DNA from: Octopus vulgaris
Taxonomy: Eukaryota
NCBI GenBank assembly: GCA_951406725.2
Contig: OX597830.1
Span: 39,556,001-39,620,000 of the forward strand
Length of the DNA: 64,000 nt
Direction: 5' to 3'
Part shown: positions 51,321 through 64,000 of the stretch, piece by piece
Layout of the letters: each line of letters begins with the position of its first letter
Numbering within the stretch: the first letter of the stretch is position 1
Notes under the pieces: generated by a model
Databases searched by the model: none
What the model saw: only the letters and a program-made list of their open reading frames with translations
Told to the model about the DNA's origin: nothing
Made by a program: the position numbers and the translations under genes

Positions 51321-52354
51321 CGTATTTTCTTTTAATATATTTTAATTAATGTGTTATACAGTGCAATACCGTACTATATTTTTTATTAATTTATTAATTT
51401 TTAGGCGTGAAAATGTTTATTTTATCACAGAAATAATTAAAATTTTTAAAAAATATAAATACCTCTCAACCATAAAAAAAACGCGAAATACTGAGGAGTC
51501 CGCGATATTAATTTACATATATTAACCAGAAAAATCCGCGATGTATTGAGGACGCGATAGGTGAACCACGTTATGAGTGATTACATAGATATATACATAT
51601 AAGCATACATATGTATATATATGTATAAATGTACATGAACACACACACACACACACACAAACACACATATTTTCGATCACTTCGGAAAATTGTGCTCTCT
51701 AACATTGCCCAAATACTTTTGGCTTTAGTTAAGCTATGAAGGGTCCTACGATCTTATATTTTGTAAACCCTCTACTGTTGACAAATCAATGAAGTGGGGT
51801 TTATCAACAACCATTTAGGGGCTCCAAGTACTGGATCCCTGTATCTCCTCGAATATCATAACAGTGTTTAATTCGTTGTCATTCAGGGTCAGCTCTCCTT
51901 TCCGATCGCAGATTCGTTTTTTTGACACTACATCAGAACGGTTATCTTTTCGTGAAGAACTTTTAGCTTCTTATTTTTCCTTTTGTCTAGGTTTGCCCTT
52001 TCTGATGCCTCATCATTTATTTCTTGCTGTAGTCCACCACCACCTTACCTAGTTTTCATCTCTTTGTACAGCATAATACTGTTGCTCGTAATCTCAAGCC
52101 GTTCTTGTGCTGAAGAAGGAGACCTTTTGGTTTCTCAGTCATAGCCACTATTTTAACTGTGACATCCTTTTTTTAAGTTGCAAGACCTGTAAGACGAACA
52201 TACAATAAGTGTTGAGGCGAAAGAGGAGTTTGAGTGACACATAATTATTGGTAAGTTCACAGACTGTGACGAAAAGATTTTGACAGACTAATCGATTAAC
52301 TAATTTATCAATTGATTAATTATCTAATTCGTTGGAAATAAAACTATTGACACT

Positions 52355-52675
52355 GGCACTCTGTTGGTTACGACGACCAGGGCTCCAGTTGATCCGATCA
52401 ACGGAACAGCCTGCTCGGGAAAATAACGTGCAAGTGGCTGAGCACTCCACAGATACGCGTAACTTTTATGTAGTTCTCAGGGGGATTCAGTGTGATAAAG
52501 AATGTGAGAAGACCAGCCCTTTGAATTACAGGTACAGCTCATTTTTGCCAGCAGAGTGGACTGGAGCAACGTGAAATAAAATGTCTTGCTCAAAGGCACA
52601 ACACGCCGCTGGGAATCGAGCCCACAACCTTATGATCGTGAGCCGTTTGCCCAAAACACTAAGCCATACGCCTTC
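52355..52675 (-). mobile_element. SINE family C
   Basis: Homologous to 39729-40045. Confidence 0.8.
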
Positions 52676-53579
52676 ATAGGTAATAAAACTAAAGTGAAAC
52701 ATAACTTGTGCGTGTGTTTTGAATGGCAGTATGAGTCTCTGAAAATGCAGAGATTCTGAAGTGGTCTTTTTTTATGAGTATAGCAATTAAGCTTTTAGCG
52801 TAAACCATTAATGTGACTGATTTGTTTCTTCACCCCCACCACTACTGCAACGTTATACAGCTTCGTGATCAGAACCTGAGTTTCGTGTAGACTACACTAT
52901 ATCACATGTTACGTGTCACCTCCGCGCTCACCGCGCGCAATATTGTAATGTCGCGCAAAGGTGACATCCTACCAAAGACTGACGTCCGTGCTAATATCTC
53001 AGACGTAATCCCGGTTTTTCCAAGATTTACCTATTACCAGATTAACCTGTGGGTAGGTATACGACCACAAACTCCACTTGCCTCCTCACTTCAATCTCCA
53101 TCATAAAAACCAAGTACACGCTCTCATATACTCTGTCGCGGTGAACTGGGCATACATTCTTCCACACATCGTTCAGAGTTTCTTTTCTCTAACTACCTTT
53201 AGATGGTATTTAGAGGCCCTCATCAAACTTTTTGAGAAACAGAAATGTCACCTTCCTCTTTAGCCTTTTCCCCCTTTTGTAACGTACTTCACCCTTTCTC
53301 GAGAGCAGGCTCAAGTCGAGTTGTTCTTTTTGACTCATATTTATATACCAACTATATACCACCAAACACTAGTATATAGTTGTTACGCTATTGTTCGTAC
53401 TGTTTTTCATATACACAATGATGTTTCCAAAATTATTCTTTTCTCTGTCTTCCTTTGCACATATAAGTATTTGCTGTACGAGCCCCTGTTCCTGCTACCC
53501 AGAGCGTAAAAACCAGAACAACTATGCAAGGCGTTTTGTGTGATATTCTCAGGATTCCACCAGCGCTTCAGACTTATAA

Positions 53580-54780
53580 TATTTTCTACTCTAGGCACAA
53601 GGCCCTGAATTTTGGGGGAGGTGGCTCAGTCGGTTAGCTCGACTCCAGTACGCAACTGGTGCTTAATTTATCAACCCCGAAAGGATGAAAGGCAATGTCG
53701 ACCTCAGCAGAATTTGAACTCAGACAGACGAAATACCCATTTCTTCACTACTCACAAGGGGATAAACACAGAGAGGACAAACAAGGACAGACAAAGGGAT
53801 TAAGTCGATTATATCGATCACACTGCGTAACTGGTACTTACTTAATCGACCCCGAAAGGATGAAAGGCAAAGTCGACCTCTTCGGAATTTGAACGCAGAA
53901 CGTAATGACAGACGAAATACCGCGAAGCATTTCGCCCGGCGTGCTAACGATTCTGCCAGCTCGCCGCCTTACTTCAGATTTATAATAATCCTTTCTATTA
54001 TAAGCACTGAAATTTCCGCGGAGTGTTAAGTCGATTACATCGACTCCGGTGCTCGACTGGTACTTATTTCATCGACCTTGAAAGGATCAAAAGCAAAATC
54101 GATTCTGACTGTTCACCGCCTTGAAAGTCTACTAGACATTCTGTCTAACGTTCTAATGGTTTTCCCAGTCTATCACCTTAAGTGATTCCTTCTTCTATAA
54201 GAACAAGGTCTGAAATTTTGGAGAAGGGGACAAGTCAATTACATCGACCCCAGTACACAACTGGTACTTATTTTATCAACCCCGAAAGAATGAAAGAGAA
54301 AGTCGATATCGATATAATTTAAACGCAGAACGTAAAGGGCTGGTAGAAATACCGCTATCATCTTGTCCGAATCTCTAACGATTCTGCCAACAATCCATTC
54401 TTGTAATAATTATCTTTTCTATTATAGACACAGGGCCTGAAATTTTGGAGGAAGGGGCTAGTCGATAACATCGACCCCAGTATTCGACTGTTACTGTTAC
54501 TGTGACCCGGAAAAGATGAAAACAAAATCCGACTCGGCGCAATTTGAACTGAGAAAGTAGAGCCGGACGAAATGCGGCTAAGTACTTTGTCCGTCTTTAC
54601 ATTCTGAATTCAGATTCCTAGTATATGGCTTGTACTTTATTTGAATGAACGCTGGAAGAATGAAAAGGCAAAGTTAACCTTGGTGGGATTTGAACTCAGA
54701 ACAGAAAGAGCCGGAGCAAACACCATAAAGCGATTTTCTTTTTTCGACGTTGTAACAATTTTGCCAGCTCGCCAACCTGC
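53580..54780 (-). mobile_element. Tandem array of about six SINE A copies
   Basis: Repeated tcgacccc...ctggtactta...gatgaaaggcaaagtcgacc units of varying divergence. Confidence 0.8.
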
Positions 54781-54789
54781 TATGGTCTG

Positions 54790-55009
54790 CGAGGGGGTGC
54801 TTCAAAGTTCCTGGCTTTGAGTAAAAGAAAATATAGGAAGATCACTTAATATATATGATTTTATTCAACGTATTCCCCTTTTCAGATCCAACACACATTA
54901 CAACGGACCTTCAGTTTTTCTAAGCGCTGTAAAAGAACTCGGAAGGTTGGACCTCGAACCAAACCTTTCGTGATACCCTTAAAGCCAGGAACCTTTCAGC
55001 ACTTTTTCG
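54790..55009 (-). mobile_element. Mariner-derived MITE
   Basis: TIR cgagggggtgct..aaagttcctggcttt and its inverse; related copies near 46229-46433 and 63164-63375; carries a transposase C-terminal remnant. Confidence 0.75.
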
Positions 55010-55234
55010 TATTTATAAGGCACTTTAAACCATTAAGATCTTAACTATAGAACGAAATCGTAGGCTTTTCGTATTTATAATATTATTCCAATACGTTGGT
55101 AATGCTTATATAACTCTTAATTCGTTGCCCTCACATCCCAATTCTCAAATCAAAGGAAAGTGCATATGGTTGAACTTGAACTCGTACTCCTAGCAACCAA
55201 TCTACAGTAGTTGCCTAACCGGGCTGTGCAATCG

Positions 55235-55351
55235 AAAAAAAAAAAAAAAAAAAAAAAATAATAATAATAATAATAATAATAATGATAAAGATAATTCAGC
55301 AGCCTTGTAATCTTCGAAAACTAAGCGCGAAATTTCTGCAGATATTGCTGC

Positions 55352-55384
<33 letters not shown>

Positions 55385-55785
55385 GTGGAGGAAGAGAAGG
55401 AGGAGGAGAGCGACGACGACGAGGAGGTAGAGGAATAGTGAGCAGGAGGAGGAGAAGAAAGAGGATAGAAGGAGAATGAGGAGGAGAAGAGTGAGGTAGA
55501 AGGAAGAGGAGGGAAGGAGGAGAAGATGATACAACAGGATGAGTAGAAGAACAAGAACAAGGGAAAAAAAAAGGCGGAGAAGGTGGGAAGACGGGAGAGG
55601 AGGAGGAGGAGGAGGGGGAGGAGGAGAAGAAGAAGAAGAAGAAGAAGAAGAAGAAGAAAGGAAGAGGAGGAGGGGGAGGAAGAGAAGAGTGTGATGAAAA
55701 GGAAGTTGAGGAGTAAGCAACGGCAGCGTAGGAAAGAAATTAGAGGAGGAGAAGAAGAAGAAGAAGAAGAGAGAGAAGAAAAAAA
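55235..55785. repeat. Low-complexity polypurine tract with An, (TAA)n, (TAG)n, (GGA)n and (GAA)n
   Basis: Direct inspection. Confidence 0.9.
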
Positions 55786-56476
55786 TCATGCTGAAGCGCT
55801 CCGTCTCTTGACACAGTGCGATACTGTATGCACTTTCGAAATAGCGTGCTTTATCAGTTCTGCTTGTCTGGTTCTAGAAGTCATTGCCCGATAAGATGTG
55901 AAGAATGCTTTTATCTGGTTTAATGTGACTTCAGATCACAATGACACCTCCTTATAACAGTACATGTAACTTATTAATATCAGTAGGGTGAATGATTGCG
56001 TTTCGTGAAGTGAAAATTGGGCGAGAGCATGGCAGTGTGTTGGGTAGAGAGAATTCACGTCGCAGCCACGTGGTTCCGGGTTCCGGGTTGCGGGATTCCG
56101 TGTTCGATCCCCTCGCTATGCAAGGCAACATGAGCGTGCACTTAAAAAAAAAAGCCTTCTACAAAATTGACGAGTTAGAGAAACTTCACAGCAGGCCGTC
56201 GTATGTATGTATGTATGTATGTATGTATGTATGTATGTATGTATGTATGTATGTATGTATGTATGGGTGTGTGTTGTTATGTATGTATGTACGTATGTAT
56301 GTATGTATGTATGTATGTATGTATGCAGATATTTATAATAATTCAAAATGAATGGTATAAAAGTAAATATATACATTAGAATACTCACATGTATATTATT
56401 TTGTACCATTATTCCTTTTGAAATACCCATCATATATATATATATATATACATCTATCTATCTATCTATCTATCTA

Positions 56477-56538
<62 letters not shown>

Positions 56539-56586
56539 TAGATAGATAGATAGATATATATATAGATATTTAGATAGATAGATAGA

Positions 56587-56631
<45 letters not shown>

Positions 56632-56907
56632 TTACAAGGATGTATATATATATGCATACATACATACTTTAAATGATGTATAGAAATATATATATATATA
56701 GATTTATAGATAGATATGTGTGTGTAATATATTAAAACCATGTGACATCCAGATACTCAGGGTTTCCTGGCAGGAATATTAAATTTACTTCCGACCAGGA
56801 AACCGTGGATGTCTCAATTTCACAAGGTTTTTGTGTGGTTTTACGACTAATATCTTTACACTTTAACAGATCAAGTGCCCTACTAGTTGATGGACATCAC
56901 ACCACAC

Positions 56908-56994
<87 letters not shown>

Positions 56995-57115
56995 CTTTTT
57001 GATAAAAAAAGGCATATTAATCAGAAAATGCATATCACTTTACTTTCGGTATTCAAGGAATATTTTTTCCTCCTTGTCTTGTATTTATGTGCTTATTTGT
57101 ATGTGTGTGTGTGTG

Positions 57116-57201
<86 letters not shown>

Positions 57202-57484
57202 CATGCTTGTTAATTCATATTTTAGATGTGAAAAAGAAAATATTGTGCTTTCTATAGAGAGTTATGTACATGTATTCTGTAACATGTGGAAATTAACATG
57301 GCCTGAAGACCGAGGGTACGAAAGCAATAGGTGTTAATTCGATAAATCGAGGTGGATGCATGCGCGGCTGCATGTGTTTGTGTGTGTGTGTATAAATATA
57401 TATATATAAACACATAGATGTATATACATTCACAGATATATATACACACACATATATATATATATATACATAAATATATATATG

Positions 57485-57519
<35 letters not shown>

Positions 57520-57587
57520 ATAAAAATAATAACAAGAAATTATTGATTACTTCTTAAGTAATTAATTTTACCCTTTGTTATTATTAT

Positions 57588-57646
<59 letters not shown>

Positions 57647-57974
57647 CGTATATATATATGTACATATATATACACACATACATATATATATATATACATA
57701 TGTATGTATATATGTATATATACATATATATATATGCATGTATATATATATACACATATATAAATACATACACACACACACACACACACATGTATATATA
57801 TATATATAACCTACAGGAAAATCTGAGTACCATTTCGTTAAGTATAATTATCTGGTCTTCAAATTATGGTCATAATTCCAAGAAGATAATGCTCACTTTT
57901 GAATCACTGGATACGATTCAATATATTTGCTCGTATTTAACTATAGAACTTTACAGTCTTCGTGCAGAAGGTAC

Positions 57975-58253
57975 TGCTGAGAAAATTTCCATTGTCATAT
58001 CTCTTCAACATCACACCAGGACACGTCAAAACAGAAACTGACCACACAAAATTCAAGAAGTCTTTGGACAAATTCCTTCAAACAGTTCCGGACAAACCAC
58101 CCACACCCGGATATGTCTCCTCAAACAATAACTCTCTGCTCGAATGGGCCTTGGTGCCCAAATCCTGAATTGAAAGACTTCGCCAAGTAGTGCTATTAAG
58201 TTAGACATGGCCTGGGCCAATACTGGCCAAAACCTTTCTAAGTTATTCTAAGT
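57975..58253 (+). mobile_element. CR1/Jockey-group LINE 3' end
   Basis: [10 protein letters not shown]...FKKSLDKFLQTVPDKP...GY...NSL C-terminal pattern; short repeated tail ttctaagtta. Confidence 0.6.
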
Positions 58254-58277
58254 TATATATATATATATATATAAATA

Positions 58278-58815
58278 TATAATTGATATAGGATAAAAAA
58301 TTTTTCGGGAAAAAAATTTTATCAATGGCCAGCATATCAAAAAATGCCTTTAAAGGTAAAATTTATACATAATTTACAAGATAAGGGCAGAAGAAAAATT
58401 CTAATGCCAGATACGCCGAAACAAAAAATTGTCGATAACCATTAAATTTATGCGTCTCGAAACAAACCGATAGAAATCTCTAAAAAATTCGTTATTACCG
58501 TATTGGTCCAATTTCGGGGTTAATTCGCGGCAAATACGCGAGATATAAATGAAATACTTATTCATACCCATGGAAGAAGCAAGCATCAAGTCCCGAGCAG
58601 ACTTAAGTACCCCAAATATATCCAAAATAGAAAAATCTTCGGCGCACCTCGAGACACGTGTGATTCGAACTAGAAACTTTCACAGAGTGATAGAATCCGG
58701 AAGGGGACACTAATCTATTTATAATTGATATAGGATAAAATAGGATAAATTTCTTGTGAATTAACCCCGAAATTGGACCAATACGGTAATAACGAATTTT
58801 TTAGAGATTTCTATC

Positions 58816-58818
<3 letters not shown>
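58278..58818. repeat. Direct + inverted repeat cassette in a (TA)n tract (Penelope-like layout)
   Basis: Perfect 61-bp inverted repeat 58466-58526 / 58758-58818; 21-bp direct repeat at 58278 and 58720. Confidence 0.7.
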
Positions 58819-58870
<52 letters not shown>

Positions 58871-58889
58871 AAACATGCATATATATATA

Positions 58890-59111
58890 CTCTCTCTCTT
58901 ATTCTTACTTGTTTCAGTCAGTTGACTGCGGCCATGCTGGAGCACCACCTTTAGTCGAGCAACTCGACACCGAGACTTATTCTTTGTAAGCAGAGTGCTT
59001 ATTCTATCGGTCTCTTTTGCCGAAGCACTAAGTTACGGGGACATAAACACACCAGCATCGGTTGTCAAGCAATGCTAGGGGGACAAACACAGACACACAA
59101 ACATACACGCC

Positions 59112-59166
<55 letters not shown>

Positions 59167-59377
59167 ACATATATACATACATATATATATACATATATAT
59201 ACATATATATATACATATATATATACATATATATATATACATATATACGACGGGCTTCTTTCAGTTTCCGTCAACCAAATCCACTCACAAGTAGAAGACA
59301 CTTGCCCAAGGTGCCACGCAGTGGGACTGAACCCGGAACCATGTGGCTGGTAAGCAAGCTACTTACCACACAGCCAC
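58890..59377 (-). mobile_element. SINE family B with expanded internal (TA)n
   Basis: Family sequence; internal microsatellite over 100 bp; further copies near 8995, 11220, 20176, 32524, 33195, 34065, 39240, 60396, 61870. Confidence 0.88.
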
Positions 59378-59560
59378 ATATATATATGTATATTATTTAT
59401 ATTATTATATGTTTGAACGCCGAGCATTCACTCCGAAGAAAAATTTATTTTATATATATATATATATATTTACATATACGTATGTATATAAATATATGTA
59501 TGTGTGTATACGTAAGTATATATGTGTGTGTGTATACATATATATGTATGTACATATATG

Positions 59561-59600
<40 letters not shown>

Positions 59601-59634
59601 GGATACACATACACACACACACACACACGTATAT

Positions 59635-59674
<40 letters not shown>

Positions 59675-60194
59675 ATGTGTGTGCGTGCGTGCGTGCGTGT
59701 AATACTTACAAACACACACGCCAGGTTACTGCAAAATATCTCTAACCGTATTCTTTAGCTATTGAGCACTTGCCCAAAATGCCATGCGTTGTGAGGTATC
59801 GAACCCGGAACCACGTGGTAGCGAAGTGAATTTTTTTTTTTTGACCGCACCGCCATGCTATCACCCAATTTAGATGCATGCATGCAGGCATACATACATA
59901 CATGCATACATACATACATACATACATACATACATACATACATAAATACATACATACATGCATACATACATACATGTATACATACAGACAGACACACACA
60001 CACATATAACGTAAATTAATTAATTCATAGTGCACAACACAGCCTTGTTGGATAAATTGTAATGTAATGAATAGGTCTTACATAAATATACATCATACTT
60101 TCTGCATCAAGTAAACAAAGTGGTTACTCGACAGGTTTATCTAACCTTATATCTTCCCATTTCACTCTCGCTAACCATATATGTATATGTGTGC

Positions 60195-60232
<38 letters not shown>

Positions 60233-60320
60233 GAGAGAGAGAAAGGGGAAAGAGAGGGGGAGATACACTCATACATATATGTATACTATATTTGTATGCA
60301 TGTGTTGGCATATATATTTA

Positions 60321-60505
60321 CAGGGTGGCCCAAAAGTAAGTTTACAGTTATTCAATATCTTTCCCATTCATATATTAACAGTTTAGATCTTAATTACTCT
60401 TTTACTCTTTTACTTGTTTCAGTCATTTGACTGCGGCCATAAACACACCAGCATCGGTTGTCAAGCAATGCTAGGGGGACAAACACAGACACACAAACAC
60501 ACACG

Positions 60506-60550
<45 letters not shown>

Positions 60551-61195
60551 GACGGGCTTCTTTCACTTTCCGTCTACCAAATCCACTCACAAGGCCCGAG
60601 GCTATAGTAGAAGACACTTGCCCAAGGTGCCACGCAGTGGGACTGAACCCGGAACCGTGTGGTTGGTAAGCAAGCTACTTACCACACAGCCACTCCTGCA
60701 CCTATATTATATAAAAAAAAAATGAAACCATTATTCTATTCTAATTTAGATAATTTTGTCAAGCTCCGTTTTCAAGCCTTTCCACAGCGTTGGTTTGGAG
60801 GACGCGGCAGCATCGAATGGCCACCACACTCACCTGATCTCTCACCAATGGATTTCTTTTGTGGGGGGGTGAGTGTTGTTGTAAAGAACAAAGTTTATGA
60901 GAGGAATCCCGAAACAGTAAATGAATTAAGACATTACACAGTTCTGACACATTCACTGAAATTGATGGAGATCGGAATTTGTACTGCACTGTGAGTCAGA
61001 GTGTTTCAGACTGTTTTGAAGAGGTGTTGCAATGTTGAAGGAAGGGCATTTTGAACATCTGAGAGACTAAACTTTGTCTGCTTATGACGTGCATAAACAA
61101 TACGATTGTAAGATAGAAATTTAAATGTAAATAAATGTTTTAAAAGAAATTTAAATTACCTACGTCATAACTGTAAAACTTCTTTTGAGCCACAC
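60321..61195 (+). mobile_element. Tc1/mariner relic (rosa/DD41D-like), interrupted by a SINE
   Basis: FPQRWFGGRGSIEWPPHSPDLSPMDFF...KNKVY; TIR-like cagggtggcccaaaagtaagtttacagtta and taactgtaaaacttcttttgagccac. Confidence 0.7.
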
Positions 61196-61249
<54 letters not shown>

Positions 61250-61408
61250 ATATGTAGGAACCTTTTTACGAAAATAATTAGATTTTTATAGGGTCGTTTT
61301 AAAATTATATTAGTGAGTGTATTTGTCTGTTTGTGTGTGTGTGTATGTGTGGGTGTATGTATGTTTGGATGAGAATGTGCGTGTTCAAACATGTGCATGA
61401 GAGGGAGA

Positions 61409-61448
<40 letters not shown>

Positions 61449-62112
61449 TTGTGATGAGCACTGAAATATGAGCGTTAAGATGGTGAGAACAGAAACGGGC
61501 TAAGTGCATCTCACTGTTTCAGAACCCTAATAATAAATCTATTTCCTTTCCCTTCTACGCCGTTAAAAATCCCTCCGGAAATAATCAGTACCAGCACAGC
61601 TACAAACCCTCGCCGCTACCATGACCACCATCATCGACTGAAAATACACAGATTAAGGCCTAGTAAAATATAAAACAATATTTTCTTTTTTCTTATCTCA
61701 GCTGTCAGAAATGGTTGAGTGTGTCGGATTAAATGCATGGCAATCGGATTAAATGCACATTTAGTTGCAATTTTCCACGTTCTACAAATTCGCTTTAATT
61801 TTTGGCGGGAGAAGATAGAATGGGAGGATACAGAATTAATTATCATAATATATATATATATGTATATATGGAGGCATGGATGTGCGGTTAAGAAGCTTGC
61901 TTCCTAATCATGTGGTCTCGGGTTCAATACCACTGCATGGCACCCTGGGCAAATGTTTACTACAATAGCCCCAAGCTGACCAAAGACTTGTGAGTGAATT
62001 CGGTAGACGAAAGCTGTGAAAGCCTGCTGTGTGTATGTGGCGTATATATATATATGTATGTATGTGTGTATGTATATATATGTATATAAATATATATATA
62101 TATATATATGCA

Positions 62113-62198
<86 letters not shown>

Positions 62199-62449
62199 GA
62201 TAGATGTACACGTATACATATATATATGTATATCTGTGTTGTGTTTGCCGCTTGACAAGCGGTGTTGGTTTATTTACGTCCCCGTATCTTAGCGTTTCGG
62301 CAAAAGAACTGTTAGACTAAGTATGAAGCTTAGCAAAAAAATGTAGTAAGTACTGGGGTCGATTTGTTTGACTAAACCCGTCGAGGAGCTGCCCCAGCAT
62401 GGCCGCAGTCCAATGCCTGAAATGCCTGAAACAAGTAAATGATAAACGA

Positions 62450-62511
<62 letters not shown>

Positions 62512-63102
62512 CACACACACACACGTACACATACAGGCACATGTATATACGTGCACACACACAGACACACACATGGATGCACACAACGCACACATATCAC
62601 TTATTTGTAGTTCTCAAAAATTGATGAAGAAAACAGAAAAGGATCCAAAAGAAAAAAAAACGATTATGTAGAGTGTATATTTAAGCATAACGAAATATCT
62701 CAGAATTCCATAACGGTTTCCTTATATCGCTATGTTTACAAAGGACACCTTCTGAAACACATTGCTACGTCGAAACCATTGAACAATTATGAGATAAATA
62801 ATTATATATATCCTTACTGGAATATCAACCTCACCTGCGAGTTTTTTTCTGCTCACCCTTATAAGAACATATATAGAAATATACATCCATACATATAAAC
62901 ACACACATGCATAAATTTAAACATATAAAGCAACCCTCATCGGAAAGCCACGTGCTTTCTCCATAATATATATAAATTGCTCCGAGGAAACTATAAGATG
63001 TTGAACAAGCACTCAACTCGGAGCGCACAGCTTCTTATAAGCAGAAACAATTGTAAGGTTATGAAATTGATCATGAAATTCCTAACCCCTTGTCATTCAT
63101 AA

Positions 63103-63163
<61 letters not shown>

Positions 63164-63166
<3 letters not shown>

Positions 63167-63375
63167 GGGGGTGCTGAAAAGTTCCTGGCTTTGGGTAAAA
63201 GAAAATACATAGCAATTAATTGTGATTTTATTCACTACACCCCACTCAGATTCACACACATGTTGCAGCAGTACTTCAGTTTTTCCTACGTCCTATGAAA
63301 GAACTCGAAAGTTTGGGCATTCAACCAGGTCTTTCGCGATACTCTTAAAACCATGTACTTTTCGGCACCCTCTCC
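63164..63375 (-). mobile_element. Mariner-derived MITE (same family)
   Basis: aagggggtgctgaaaagttcctggctttgggtaaaag start; same orientation as the 54790 copy. Confidence 0.7.
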
Positions 63376-63519
63376 TATATATATGTCTTAATCGGCAGAA
63401 GTTACGGAGTAACTCTAGGACCGGGAGTTTTCGTGTATCGCACTTATTAAAAGGGCCATGCAATGAAACCTTCGGCCGGTTCTTGAGTGACTTTGTAACT
63501 TCTACCGATTAAATATAAC

Positions 63520-63568
<49 letters not shown>

Positions 63569-64000
63569 TCATGTATTAAATTATATATGTCCTGCTTGTA
63601 CTACCAAACTTTATACACGCACACACATAGTTCGAATTTGCAGAAAACAAAAGACGAAGACAGGTGTAGGATCAACAAGCAGGTGTTTTAGTTTAACTCT
63701 CGGGAAAAATGGAAAAGTACCAGGTTTCAAAAAAAAAAACAAAAACCAAAGTAAGTACTGTGTGGGGTCGATTCATTCGACTAGAAATCTTTCAAGGCTG
63801 TGCCCCAGCATGGCCGTTGTCTAAACTGAAACAATTAAAAGATGTCAAAGATATGCTCGAAGTAAGTTCGGTCCTAAAGAAAAGTAAAATTTTACTCGCA
63901 CACAGAAAGATACAGATATATACCTCTACCAAAGTGACATTCTTTAGAAACCGTTTAACCGCAAATTTCTGTAACACGTCATTTCATCATCTCCATTATT

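Larger units (their letters stand above)
50322..51584. mobile_element. pogo/Tigger-like MITE hosting two insertions
   Basis: TA|caataatccctcga-ccatcgcg left end, cgcgat-rich right end; homologous to 40043-40621. Confidence 0.65.

Noticed and set aside
52905-53020. CpG-rich patch with a tgtcacct/aggtgaca inverted repeat
   Set aside because: Too short, with no linked exon or second copy; function cannot be argued.
55202-55894. 195-aa Leu/Ser-rich and 103-aa Arg/Glu-rich (protamine-like) ORFs
   Set aside because: Both come from a GGA/GAA low-complexity tract; no splice context or recognisable domain.

Overview
AT-rich, microsatellite- and transposon-dense animal genomic DNA. The SINE families and (TA)n/(CA)n/(TATG)n load look like an octopus genome (inference, not proven). 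I can support two protein-coding genes, both ciliary and arranged head-to-head about 7.7 kb apart. CFAP20/BUG22 is complete on + (5 coding exons, 18009-36062, 192 aa, all GT-AG). B9D1 has only its first coding exon on - (10207-10263); I found no further exons, so they probably lie left of the window. Each gene has an RFX X-box-like motif near its start. RNA-gene-derived sequences are a 3'-truncated U2 snRNA variant with an altered branch-point recognition sequence (9153-9301, -) and a tRNA-Leu(AAG) copy (37877-37958, -). The tRNA copy carries its leader and oligo-T trailer and is fused to the 3' end of an RTE LINE. The rest is four or more tRNA-derived SINE families, LINE remnants (RTE, CRE, HERO-like, Dong/R4, CR1-like), Penelope-like pieces with hammerhead-ribozyme-like motifs, Tc1/mariner relics and several MITEs, often nested. 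Almost all ORFs in the supplied track are repeat artefacts. Best leads: the pre-tRNA/RTE chimera, a TSD-flanked tRNA-head + hammerhead-like element, a candidate intronic hammerhead, and a CFAP20 Ser codon that A-to-I editing would convert back to the conserved Gly. All family names and reference sequences are recalled, not searched.
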